Assembly (NCBI RefSeq): GCF_006345805.1
Contig: NC_043021.1
Location: 20,212,001-20,276,000, forward strand
Reading direction: 5' to 3'
From: Octopus sinensis
Taxonomy: Eukaryota
DNA: 64,000 bases
A model generated the notes under the pieces. It was not told the DNA's origin. It made no database searches and saw only the letters and a list, made by a program, of their open reading frames with translations. The stretch's first letter is position 1, and every line of letters starts with the position of its first letter. The position numbers and the translations under genes were made by a program. Of the stretch, positions 12,341 to 24,562 are shown one piece after another.

Positions 12341-12638
12341 TCTTTATATATAAAAGTGAAGTTGTGTGTCTGTCTCCTACGATTTAGATTCTTAACTACT
12401 CCCACATTTTGCGGTGCAGTTTAACCAAAAGCGGGTATCTTATAGTCGTGATTCATATCGAGCCCTTCTGGGTATTAGGGCGCATCTACGATGAATCTAT
12501 GATTTTTAAAAAATTTACCATCATTTTTTCCCATTTTTAATGCATTTTTTTGCTATTATATAAGGGAAGTAACTCTCTAAAAATGCTTATATAGTTATTT
12601 CCCTTACAAACCCGAGTAACGCCGGGCGATACTGCTAG
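12341..12638 (+). mobile_element. Non-autonomous Helitron, copy 2 (shorter)
   Basis: Same termini and hairpin as 1865-2252; lacks ~90 bp between ctctaaaaatg repeats. Confidence 0.85.
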
Positions 12639-12883
12639 TCAGAATATAAAGTGTGAAACTATTTTGAAATCTATGTGAAAAATGGCACAGGGATATAAAT
12701 TTAGAGAAAACTGGAACTGAGAATCCGTGACATCGATAAAATTATGATCCAAAGGTTAAGTATATTGATATGGTTCTGGGTCGGCGGGGATCATAACAGG
12801 AGTAAATGAGAAAAATATATTTAAATATTTCTATATGATTAAACACGGGAAGACAAACAACAATTTGAGTCAGTCACTTTCTC

Positions 12884-13303
12884 GGGATCTTTTCGGTTTG
12901 AACGGCAGTTTTTTCTAGTGGTGTCATATGAAATTGTCACCCATAATTATGACCCTAGTATCGATCTATTGCATTTCAATCTGTTTTAGGGTTAGGGTTA
13001 GGGGTGGGGGGAAGGGCATCTTTTTTCTTCACAATTGTAAATAAACCCAATCTGTTTCTTAAACGAGGGACAAATTCATACGGCACAGAATGTTTTTTTT
13101 ACCTCAATGGACGTCATTGATTGGTTGAAATTGCAGAAATTGAAGAAGAAGAAAAACAAATATCTTACAAACTATAGAATTTTCTCAAGAAAGCCAAGAG
13201 AAAAAGATGTTTTATAAACACATTCTACCAGTATACGAAGTTTAAAATTTTTTAGTTACCTAGAAATTATGTTAAAAACTGCCGTTCAAACCGAAAAGAT
13301 CCC
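12884..13303. mobile_element. MITE with ~29-bp TIRs (GGGATCTTTTCGGTTTGAACGGCAGTTTT) and internal TTAGGG repeats, copy 1
   Basis: Perfect TIRs flanked by direct tttctc (possible 6-bp TSD). Confidence 0.85.
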
Positions 13304-13848
13304 TTTCTCGTATTTATAATTCAATGACACATTTAATAAAAACGGTAAAAAATAGTTTTTCAAAAAGCATGAAAAGAGAAAAACGGGAAAATCCAGATTT
13401 TTTAGTTTTTGACAAATTAAATGAAGCAAACAATAATTACTTCCCCTTAGATTACGGATTTTAAACTTTGATTGAAACTAATTTATATATAGATATATAT
13501 TATCAATATATAAGTATATATATTATAAAATATCTCGACTGTTTTTATTTTATTGTTGAGTTTATTTTCAAATTTTTAAAAAATCGACGTGAATGCAAAT
13601 CGAATTGTTCACAAATCCAGACTTTGCAAGGTGGACGGGGTAATATGAAAAAACGGAAACATGTAATTCATTTATCCAACACTGCTAACATGTTAATGTC
13701 TGTAGCACCTGGGTCATCGTATTAAAAACCAATTTGCTTTTGTCCTATGTAAATTATTATAGATTAATAAATTGAGAGTTTTTAAAACGATTGTTAGTTG
13801 CTAAATATTACTTTTGAAACAAACGTAGGCAAGTGTGTCCATTCGTAC

Positions 13849-13866
13849 CTTCCGTAGTTGCTTCCG
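13849..13866 (+). promoter_or_regulatory. Tandem ETS/GABP-type motifs (CTTCCG x2), housekeeping promoter upstream of the 14036 exon
   Basis: cttccg at 13849 and 13861, ~170-190 bp upstream of the ATG. Confidence 0.45.
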
Positions 13867-14035
13867 CTGGCTGGACTTTTATTACAAGTTATATAAGACT
13901 TTCGTCCTTGGTCTGCATTGAAAAAAAAAAACGATAGAGAGAGAAAAACCAAGTTCTTCGAAAGATCCCGTTTGATCTTAATTATTTCGCTGTTTGTTCG
14001 CTTTATAGTCGAAGTGCATCCAAGGTGTAGTTGCC

Positions 14036-14109
14036 ATGAATCGTGTAGTTACCACATTCGTCGTGTTGCCGAGATTGCTACAGAGACAAACATGTGCGGT
14101 TTCAATGAG
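14036..14109 (+). CDS. UQCC4: Probable first coding exon (mitochondrial presequence) of the UQCC4/CCSMST1 gene
   Basis: gccATG context; MNRVVTTFVVLPRLLQRQTCAVSM is Arg/Ser/Thr/Leu-rich with no acidic residue. Phase-2 donor AG|GTAGGA matches the phase-2 acceptor at 41205 (AG|G = Arg). Sits in a CpG-rich promoter-like region. Confidence 0.62.
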
Positions 14110-14869
14110 GTAGGAGACAAAAAAGTGAACCTTAACAATGTTTTCTATTTAATATACAGCTTTCTCTGTTTTGATAACTCTTTGATATTCTCAATTTCTT
14201 GTTAAATGCCAAGGCTTGTCTTCTTTTTAAAACCAATTAAGTTTTTTTTCTCCTTCTTTCATCATAGCATGATCGTCCATAGAATATATAATACAGTGAC
14301 GCACTTACCTGGGTTTTGTTTTATAAATATTTAACTATGTTAACTATATTTTCTTTTCGAAATTGCGTTGGAAAAAATAATAATTTCTCTATTCTTATAT
14401 TTTATTCTAAACGTCTTCGTAAAATTCTCATTGTTTAAATATAATAGTTAAAGCTGTTCTAAGAGTTAGGATTCATTTCTCTTCATATTCAATACCTTTC
14501 TTTGCACACTAAATTTATTTTCTCATTTAGTAAACATTCCGAAATTATTAGTTGTGGGAAAGAAGGGAAGCGGCGATATTCATGCCTTTTCCGGGCAATT
14601 AGCGAAACCCGTTTTCTTATTTCTCTTGCTATGGTACCCCACACATCTTTTTGCCGTATTTAACTTCATACCACTTAGAAGTTTATAACATTCCCCCTCA
14701 AATTTGGCGGGTCCTTTTTTTGAAGCAGTACTTAACCGTAACTTAAAAACCCTGACATTGAATTGTATATATATAAGACGTGGGAAGATTTTCTGGGACA
14801 GTTTTTATTTTTAGTGTCCCTTAAAAGCCCGTCAAGTGCGATGTGTTCAGTCGGTAATGCGAATTTCTC

Positions 14870-14915
<46 letters not shown>

Positions 14916-14950
14916 GTTTGTGTGTGTATATATATACACGTTTGTATCTA

Positions 14951-15012
<62 letters not shown>

Positions 15013-15306
15013 ATATGCCTATGTATAAGCATGCAAATAAGGCACAGGAGCTAACTTAGGGATCCTCTAAGTGACCGCTCGACTGACCAAGGATAATAAA
15101 AATAAATCGGTCAAAATTAAATCACATTGACTGAAACAAAAGAACCACTCTGTAAACAAAAGACGGGGATGGAACACCTATGATAATTAAGGGCTAATTT
15201 GGGGTTAAAACCAGCTTCATTAACAAGAAACACACGAGTAAGGTCATGATGTGACCTCAACTTCGGTACTTATATAAACTGACACACTGAAACGGTATAT
15301 CTAACA

Positions 15307-15346
<40 letters not shown>

Positions 15347-16489
15347 TTCCCATATGCAACCTGGATTCCTTTCCCTTCTATCGTTTCGTTAACCATTTCA
15401 CCCTTGATTGGTATTGTCATCGTTTAAGCTGATATCGACCTTGATTCAACAGACATACCTATAAACAAACACATCCCTGAAAGATCTACATTTTTTTCTA
15501 ATGTGATTTTCTGTTTTTAAGGCGGCACGATATCATTCCGGGGGGATTTTGTTGCCATTTCTAGCAAGTCGAATAACCGTGTAGAGACGCCATCTAAGCA
15601 ATAACGCACAAACACATACAAATCCGTCTCGGTTATAAATCCTTTTGACCCCTAGTTTTTTTTTCTTTTTCCTTTACTGAAAAGTTTTGGACCTGTAAAC
15701 AAGTGTTCAAACCGTGGCCTTACCGCCTGTCTAGTCTTTTTATAGACACAGTGTATCTAGGACTACTCTATTCAATGTATTCTTTCTAATAAGATGATGA
15801 TGGTATCTCGATTACATCAGGCCCCAATGCTCACTGGTAACTTATTTTATTGACCCTCAAAAAGATGAAAGGCAAAGCCTCTCAAGCTTCTTTGATAATA
15901 TCCAGGTTTCTGAGCCATATAGTAGAACTGGTTCGACTGTGGCTTTGAAGGTACCTCCTCCCCTAAAAATTGCTGGTCTTGTGTGAAAATTTGAAGCTGC
16001 TTTTCATGAGGCACTGGCACAGGCCGGCCTGCAAGAGTCCTGCACAAGTGCCACGTAAAAAGCACTTCTGCCAATGTTGTGTAGTAGCATTTGTGCCAGT
16101 CCATGTTAAAAGCACCGAGCATCCAACTGTAAAGTGGTTGGTCTTAGGGAGAGCATCCAACTGTAGAAATGAAGCGAAATCAAAGTGGAACCTGGTGCAG
16201 TTCTTCTGCTTGCTAGCTCTAATGAAAACATCCAACCCATACCAGCATGGAAAACAGACACTAAATGATGATATATTGTTTTACAACCAAATGCCCTTCC
16301 TGTTGCAGTCCTTTGCTTGTTTTCAAAGTAAATGATATCTTTTTCTCACACATTTTTAATTACACAAAACCAGCTGAAGATTTGTTGACAGGAGAAGCAA
16401 GAGCAGTGTCACTGTTGAGCAATTTTTGGTGAAACACTAATGCAAAGAAATATAGACACACACATATACATACTTGCATGTGTATCAAA

Positions 16490-16935
16490 TCAAATCAGAT
16501 ATCAGAAAGCAGAACCAAAATCGAAGTTGATCAACATCAATGGAAATTGCAGCTGTGATACCAGTGCTGGTGACAAGTAAGCGAACCATCCGATCGTGGC
16601 CATTGCCAGCGCCGCCCCGACTGGCCTCCGTGCTGGTGGCACATAAAAAGCACCATCCGATCGTGGCTGTTGCCAGCCCCACCTGGCCCCCGTGCCGGTG
16701 GCACGCAAAAAGCACCATGTGTCCATGGCTGTTTGCCAGCTCCGTCTGGCACCTGTGCGGGTGGCACGTAAAAAGCACCCACTACACTCACGGAGTGGTT
16801 GGCGTTAGGAAGGGCATCCAGCCGTAGAAACACTGCCAGATCAGACTGGGCCTGATGCAGCCTTCTGGCTTCACAGATCCCAGTTGAACCGTCCAACCCA
16901 TGCTAGCATGGAAAGCGGACGCTAAATGATGATGT
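16490..16935 (+). mobile_element. RTE 3'-UTR-only copy
   Basis: aaaagcaccatccg repeat units, ggttggcgttaggaagggcatccagc, ..ggacgctaaatgatgatg tail. Confidence 0.8.
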
Positions 16936-17539
16936 GTGTATGTGTATAGGTATATAGTCCGCTCAGCTGTAAATGAGTAACCTATGATAAACTGGATGGA
17001 TGTTGGCCTGCCCATTTTGCCAGCAAGGTGACATCATTTGAAGGCTTCAAGAATCTGATGAACTGCGTTGTGAAAAGTAGTATACCGAAACCCAACAGCC
17101 TGATGAATACAATGTTATACACACACACATACAGGGTTTCTTTTGGTTTTCCTCTTCTGAATCCACTCACAAAATCTTTGTTTAGTCAGGTTATGGCTGA
17201 AAACCCTTGTCTTCTAAGATGGCACAGAAGTTAGATTAAAACCTAAAAGCTTGTGGCTGACAAGCAAACCTCTTAACCTCATGGCTATGTCTGTACCTTG
17301 CAAAATACCCCAAAATGAATTCAGGAAAAATCGATCAACTTTTGGAGTTTTCTTAACAGTCAGAAAAATCATTGAAAGAGTTGGGGTAAAAAAAATATGT
17401 AAGAAATCTTATTGTTTATTCACTTCTCAAAAGCTTTCAACTGTACACTCAAGCAAGAGGAGGTTTTTTTTTGTTTGTTTATATGATGTACTTCACAAAG
17501 TAATTGCACTGGTACTAAGGCTTTTGAAGAACTGAAGCA

Positions 17540-17840
17540 CTGTTACCTAATGGAGATACTGATTTCTTCAACATCTATGCAAGGTGTTATGCTTGTACTA
17601 TTATCTATTATCTGCCTGGACTACATCCTTCACTCTTCTTATTGACAAAATTAACGACCGCACTTTGTCACATCACTCAATCAGCAACACTAACAGATGC
17701 AGCTTGTGTTGATGGCTTTGCTCTCTTTGCAGACATCATCTCAGAAGCTACCACCTTTCTACATGACATTGGAAAAGCACCAGCAGATTGTGGTCTAAAT
17801 GTTAATGTCTCAAAGACTGAATATGTTTGCTGCAATCTTG
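17540..17840 (+). mobile_element. Decayed RT fragment of a second LINE lineage (RTE-X-like)
   Basis: LPNGDTDFFNI..QG..IICLDYIL..DGFALFADIISEATTFLHDI..GLNVNVSKTEY resembles RT domains 4-7. Confidence 0.65.
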
Positions 17841-18859
17841 CAAAACTCTCTAAGAATTAGATGCGAAAATATATTTCGCATATTTGTTCCTGTCAGTAGA
17901 TTGTGGCTATGCTGGAGCATTACTTTGGAAGAGTTAGTCAAACAAATCACTCCTGGTACTTATTTTCTATAAGTCTGGTATTGGTACTTATTGTTCTTAT
18001 CTCTTTTGCCAAATTTGTTAAGTTACAGGGACATAAACAAACCAACACTGGTTGTCAAATGCTGGTGATGGGGTAACAAACACAAAGACATGCATATATA
18101 CATATAAATATTTGTGTATAGAGTCAACAGATGAGATCTGGAAATTCTCAGCATAGGAAACACTCAGTAGTGCTTCAATGATTTGAACTTACACTGTAAA
18201 ACCTTTATTGAGGACTATATTTATGTGTGTGTACACAACACACTTTCAGTTTCCATCTACCAGGTATACTCACAAATCTTTGGTTGGCCTGGAGCTATAG
18301 TAGAAGTCACTTGCCCTTGATGCTGTACAATGAGGCTGAAAACTCCTTACCTCACATCAATGCCTGCTATATATATATACATTGTGGAGGCACAATGGCC
18401 CAGTGGTTAGGGCAGCGGACTTGCGGTCGTAGGATCGCAGTTTCAATTCCCAGATCGGGCGTTGTGAGTGTTTATTGAGTGAAAACACCTAAAGCTCCAC
18501 GAGGCTCTGGCAGAGGGTGGTGGCGGTCCCTGCTGTACTCTTTCGCCACAACTTTCACTCTTTCTTCTGTTGGCCTGCTTGCTTAGCCAGCGGGGTGGCG
18601 TCATTTGAAGGCTAAAACGATGCGAAGCGCATTGTGACCAGCGATGTGTAGCAACATCTGATAGCCTGGTCAGTCACGGTGATCACAGTGATATATATAT
18701 ATAAGGGTGATGCAAAATAACTTATTTCAAAAACTTGAAGACACCCTCTAATTTTATTTAATTTAGTGCAAAAACTCAACATGCAAAATTTCAGCACAAT
18801 TGGGCACTTTTTAGGGGTTGCTACCGTCCACTGAACATTTTGTATATTGTTATTTTTCA

Positions 18860-19695
18860 GAACGACCTGCTGTGCTTACCTTGGATCATAAGGTGACCTG
18901 CTGTGTTTACCGTGGATCGCAAGGTGACCTGCTGTGCTTGAGGAGACCTATTGGGTCAAGTACATCAATATCAGTATCAAAACAAATATCAAATGGAAAT
19001 TTTAGTTACGCGATACCTGTGCTATCAGCACGTAAAAAGCACCATCTGAACATGGCTGAAGCCAGCGTTGCCTTCACTGGCTTCTGTGCCGGTGCACATG
19101 ACCTGGTGTGCTTGAGGAGACCTATTGAGTCAAGTACATCAACATCAAAATAAATATCAAATGGAAATTATAGCTGTGATACCTGTGCCGGTGGCACATA
19201 AAAAGCACCATCCAAACGTGGCCGATGCCAACACTTGACTGGCTTCTGTGCCGGTGGCATGTAAAAAGCACCATCCGAACGTGGGTGATGCCAGCGCCGC
19301 CTTGACTGGCTTCTGTGCCAGTGGCACGTAAAAAGCACCATCCGAATGTGGCTGATGCCGGTGCCGCCTTGACTGGCTTCTGTGCCGGTGGCACATAAAA
19401 AAACACCATCCGAACGTGGCTGATGCCAGCACCGCCTTGACTGGCTTCTGTGCCGGTGGCATGTAAAAAGCACCAACCGATCATGGCCACTGCCAGCCTC
19501 CCCTGGTGCCGGTGACATGTTAAAAGCACCCGTTACTCCCACGGAGTGGTTGGCGTTAGGAAGGGCATCCAGCTGTAGAAACACTGCCAGATCAGATTGG
19601 AGCCTGGTGCAACCTCCTGGCTTCCCAGACCCCGGTCGAACCATCCAACCCGGGCTAGCGCGGAAAACGGACGTTAAACGACGATGATGATGATA
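18860..19695 (+). mobile_element. RTE 3'-UTR copy with expanded internal tandem arrays
   Basis: 3-4 copies of gacctgctgtgctt, then ~5 units of ~65 bp, then the conserved terminus and (GAT)n tail. Confidence 0.85.
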
Positions 19696-21534
19696 TATGT
19701 AAATGTGGCACAGAAGGATGACAAAAGAACATATAGAAAACAAGGAAAGACATGCGATGGATGTGGACAAACTCATTTCCTCATCGCAATTTTGTTGCCT
19801 TGTCAGTAATATTGCTAGGTCTTGTTGAATCAGCACTGTAAGCTGCATGAAAGATAAGCATCAAGAAGAAAAAAATAAGACAAGTACAAAAAAAGGATAT
19901 CTCAACTGAACAGAAAAGGATAAGTCTTCAATGAAAGATGCTTCAACATCAAGTCAAAAACATTTGGCACTCTTGTCTGAGAGCTCATTTATGCTGAGCG
20001 TTCTTGTAGCTCACTCAGTAGAGAACATGCAAAATGGTAGTGGACATTTTCTCTGATGCATGCACCGCATTTGGGCAAGGGGTCCAAATGAAGTTGTGAG
20101 TGTCACATCAGGGTTTTCATTCTTGAGAAATGTCCAAACAAACTTTAAGGGTCTCTCACTTCTGGCTGTTTGATGGCTGTTGACCCCGAGTTCATTGATT
20201 TTGTTACAGGTTTTGTCTTTTGTCTTACAGAGTGTTCTAACATAAAACAATCTTCCTTACCAAGCAAGCTTAATAGATTACCACCAGTTCATTTGCCGAC
20301 GATCTGATCATATAACAGGTTGTACTGGCCTGCATGTTACCTGTAGCAAATACTAAGAATGACCTGACATATATATATACATATATTTATGTATAGTTCA
20401 CAGATGAGATCCAGATGTTGTCTGTATAGAAGACACTGAGTAGTTCTCAAAAGATTCAAACCTAGACACTGATGTTTTTACAAAGGATCATTCCAAAAGG
20501 TAAAGGAAGGCTATAAGAAGGATCAAGTTGAGCGCGTATGGAAGCAATTATGCAATTTGCTTCTATATATATGTATGTATATGCATACAAGTATTTATGG
20601 TGATATTTTATACATTTGAGTGCATTGAGATAGTTATGCAGCAGCAGGTCTCCTCACATCCAAATGTACTTGAATGTGCCATTGCACAAATATATTTCAC
20701 TTAACATTGCTTTGTGTGACAAAAAGCACCCAGTACTCTTTGTAACATTGTTGCCATTAGGAAGAACATCTAGCCATAGCAACCATGCCAAAGCTGACCG
20801 TTGAAATTGGTGCAATCCTCTAGCTTGCCAGCTGTTGTGAAGCCATTGTACACACGCCTGCAAGGAGATCATGATGATTAATATGTATATATTGATCAAT
20901 CAAACAGGCATCCTATCGGTTACCATGACGAGTGTTTCAGTTGATCTGATCAACAGAATAGACATACAAGTAGCTGAGCACACCTATTTCCTTACTACCC
21001 ACAAGGGGTTAAACACAGAGAGGACAGACAAACGGATTAAGTTGACTACATCGACCCTAGTGCATAACTGGTACTTATTTAATTGACCCCGAAATGATGA
21101 AAGGCAAAGTCGACCTCGGCGGAATTTGAACTGAGAACGTAACAGCAGACGAAATACGGCTACGCATTTCGCCCGACATGCTAACGTTTCTGCCAGCTCG
21201 CCGCCTCACCACAGACACGCATACCCTTAACGTAGTTTTCAGTGATAGTGTGACACAGAATCAGACAAGGACGGCCCTTTGGAATACAAGTACTATTCGT
21301 TTTTGCCAGCTGAGTAGACTGGAACAGCGTGAAATAAAGTATCTTGCTTAAGGACACCACACGCTGCCGGGTTTCGAAGTCGTGACCTTACGATCATGAG
21401 CCAAATACCCTAACCACTAAACCACGCACCTTCATTATATAAATAGATAATGTATATATGGGAGGATGTCGACCTAAGACTTAATGTCAAGAAACCCGAC
21501 TTCAAATAGCCGAAAACTTAAAATGATGTATTCT

Positions 21535-21944
21535 GGGATCTTTTCAGTTTGAACGGCAGTTTTTTCAAGCGGTGTCATATGAGATTGTCACCCATAATTA
21601 TGACCCTAGTATCAATCTATTGCATTTCAATCTATTTTAGATTTAGGGTTAGGGATGGGGGAAGGGTATCTTTTTTTCTTCACAAATGTAAATAAACTCA
21701 ATCTGTTTCTTAAACGAGGGACATATTCATACGGCACAGAATGTTTTCACCTCAATAGACGTCATTGATTGGTTGAAATTGAAGAAAAAAAAGTAACAAA
21801 TATCTTACAAACTATAGAATTTTCTCAATAAAGCCAAGAGAAAAAGATGTTTTATAAACACATTTTACCAGTATAAGAAGTTTAAAAGTGTTTAGTTACG
21901 TGGAAATTATTTTAAAAAACTGCCGTTCAAACCGAAAAGATCCC
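21535..21944. mobile_element. Same TTAGGG-bearing MITE, copy 2
   Basis: Colinear with 12884-13303 and same TIRs; no TSD visible. Confidence 0.85.
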
Positions 21945-22625
21945 ACTTTTGTTATGTTATGTTTGAAAGATAAAAATAAAACGAAGACAGAACGAGATAC
22001 GGTGTTTATATTTGTGAAAAAAAAAATCGTAATACAAATGGATTACAGAGTTTTTTTATATTAAAGACACAAGCGGTAATTGAAATTAATTTATTTATTG
22101 AATAAATATTTTTTAACAAATTAAAACGATTGGAAAACAAAATTTTTGTTTTTACGGAGCGAAAGAGTGGCCGTAAAGGGAAATAAGCATGCGTCAATTA
22201 GTTTGTTGGTTTGTGTTTGTATGGAAGGTAAAGAAAAATATTTTTATAATCATAGAGTTTAAAGGACGAAGTATTCGATGAATAAACCATTTGTTTTCGA
22301 TATCGTATTCCTACTGTCTACTTTATTATCTGGTTGCTAAAAGCGGCAAGCTAGCAGAGTCGTTTGGACGCCAGACGAAATGATTAGCATCAGTTTTCCG
22401 ACTCTTTACGCTCCGAGTTCAAATATCGCCGAGGTCAAAGATCGATAAAATAAAGTACCTGTCAAGTACTCGGATCGATGTAATCGACTTAATACATTCC
22501 TAAGAATGCTGACCGTGTGCCAAAATTTGAAACCATTATTTGGTAACTAAATATGATCGCCTACCTTTTCTTTCGTTAACGTACCTTAAAAAAAATGTTA
22601 GACTTCGTTTCTCAAATATATTCCG

Positions 22626-22978
22626 GGCGATCTTTCGTCTCTAGTAGACCTTTCCGTCGATTTTCGTAAAATTTTTTTTTTTTTACATATGGGCTTGCGG
22701 GAACTTTTGAAGTAATGAGAGCGAAAGAGACTAAGAGAAAGCGATTGTATGACGAGGGAAGTTCTTTTGAAGTTACCGTGCACACCCCATCAAACACACA
22801 CATGTACATCAATGCTTCCCATGCACGGTAACTTCAAAAGAACTTCCCTCGTCCTACAATCGCTTTCTCTTAGTCTCTTTCGCTCTCATTACTTCAAAAG
22901 TTCCCGCAAGCCCATATGTGAAAAAAAAATTTTTTTACGGAAATCGACGGAAAGGTCTACTAGAGACGAAAGATCGCC
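22626..22978. mobile_element. Fold-back element: 157-bp inverted arms, 39-bp spacer, 8-bp TSD (MULE- or Merlin-like)
   Basis: GGCGATC...GATCGCC ends; atattccg duplicated on both flanks. Confidence 0.9.
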
Positions 22979-23887
22979 ATATTCCGTTTTAAAACTATAT
23001 ATAGACACCAGGGTAATTTTTCTTATTTTCCCCTAAAGTAGTTGTTTGTTCCTTCTCGAGCCATGCCTGGCTCATAGGTCCCTCACCTGGACTGTGGGGC
23101 TGGTCCGTCGCAGGTGAGCTGCAAGATGCAGGAGGAAAGTTGCGGCGAAAGAGTCAGTAGAAGTTCGCCATTACCTTCTGCCGGAGCCGCGTGTAGCTTA
23201 GGTGTTTCGCTCATAAGCGCACACATCACCCGGTCTCAGTTTCGAACCCGCAATCCCTAGACCGCGAGTCCGCTGCAGTAACCACTAGGCCATGTGCCTA
23301 CACCTAAAGTAGTTACACTAAACTCCTTAAAACTTGATTTTTTTCTTTCTTTCTTTCTAAAACAGTTATTCTTACATAGTAGAATAAGAAGGTATGAGAA
23401 ACTCCTTTTTAAAACTGTAAATATGTGTTTTGAAGACCGTTTTTCTATTTCTCCCTAAACTATTTCGAAATTCGTTCTGAATATTCGATCTTTTGAGCTT
23501 TCGATATTCTGATGTTTAGGTAGTTTGAATTCGGCATTCTAACGTTCTGTCTTGTGTCTGTAATAGAGCAGAAAGATAGAGTGCTCCAACTTTGCCATTA
23601 TAGGAGCAGGCTTCCCAATCATGCAGTCTTGAGTTCAGTCTCACTGCGCAGCATCTTGGGCGAAGGCCTTCTATTATAGGTATTGGGCCAGATTACAACA
23701 TATTTATATAAAACAGAGGGGGGTGGGTGCATGAACGAGATTCTTTATAGTTGCTATGTAAACAGGTAGACTCCAGGAAGAGGAAGAAGATAAATCTGTA
23801 GCCTTGATGTAATATAATTTGGTTGGTAAAAGAAAGTCATCACAGGGAAAACCTTGTAACTGAAAGAGGGAAAAAGGTGCACGTATT

Positions 23888-23987
23888 ATCTTTACACCTG
23901 TTTCGGGAATAGTTACTTAAGCAGTGCAGTTCTCTGCACGCTACTAGATTCAAAATTTTTGTAGCAACCTATACTGTCTTCGGAAGG
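23888..23987 (-). ncRNA. Degenerate type I hammerhead motif
   Basis: CUU-CCGAAGA-(branched stem II)-GAAAC-AGGU-GUA-AAG; U4 is C and the stem II base is eroded. Confidence 0.45.
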
Positions 23988-24098
23988 AAAAAGTGGGATT
24001 TAGCCACAAAATCGCCCTGATCACTAATTGCATACACCTTAGGTCATTTTATGTGTGTGTATGATATATATATATATAAACCTTTGACTCTACAACAC

Positions 24099-24253
24099 TG
24101 TGTATAAATTCTGTACATGGAAGACCAATTTTAAATACTGTTGGATTTTACTCATAAGGTATTGGAATCTTACATTGTGTATAAACTCTGTACTTGGAAT
24201 GAACGATTTTAAATACCTTTGGATTTTTCTCATAAAGTATTGAAATCTTACAT
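24099..24253. repeat. Two diverged 77-bp tandem units
   Basis: tgtataaa(t/c)tctgtac..cttacat starting at 24101 and 24178. Confidence 0.8.
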
Positions 24254-24390
24254 ATATACCATTCTGCCTAAAAAAATCGATCTGCAAATTCAATATCCCT
24301 ACATATTTCACATCTATTTTCTCTCCTCCACCTCACTCTTTATTTTGTATCCTATCTAAATTAATTATTACTTAACCATCCTCTCACACT

Positions 24391-24442
24391 GTCTCTGATG
24401 AAGGGATATAATTAATAAATATCCTGGAAACAGCTGTAAGAC
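24391..24442 (+). ncRNA. Type I hammerhead ribozyme motif, near-intact
   Basis: GUCU-CUGAUGA-AGGGAUAU..AUAUCCUG-GAAAC-AGCU-GUA-AGAC; palindromic stem III ACAGCUGU; one irregular pair at the base of stem II. Confidence 0.72.
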
Positions 24443-24503
24443 CTATCTATAAATGTTCTATCTACACAGCTTTGGTTTTTTTTATCTCATTATGCAAAAA
24501 ATT

Positions 24504-24562
<59 letters not shown>

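Noticed and set aside
12986-13005. Interstitial telomere or chromosome-fusion scar
   Set aside because: Only ~3 TTAGGG units, internal to a MITE that recurs at 21535.
14304-14313. U1 snRNA 5' end (ACTTACCTGG)
   Set aside because: No further U1 sequence follows; better read as an antisense splice donor or chance.
17085-17112. GAAAC...CTGATGA as a permuted hammerhead
   Set aside because: No stem III, cleavage triplet or stem I can form between the two motifs.
18384-18460. tRNA genes suggested by A/B boxes (also at 33504, 59530, 26463)
   Set aside because: Heads run into SINE bodies, lack a clean cloverleaf and T-run terminator, and one copy has a TSD.
19157-19530. CRISPR-like regularly spaced repeats
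   Set aside because: Whole units are homologous with no unique spacers, they lie in a LINE 3' UTR, and the context is eukaryotic with no cas genes.
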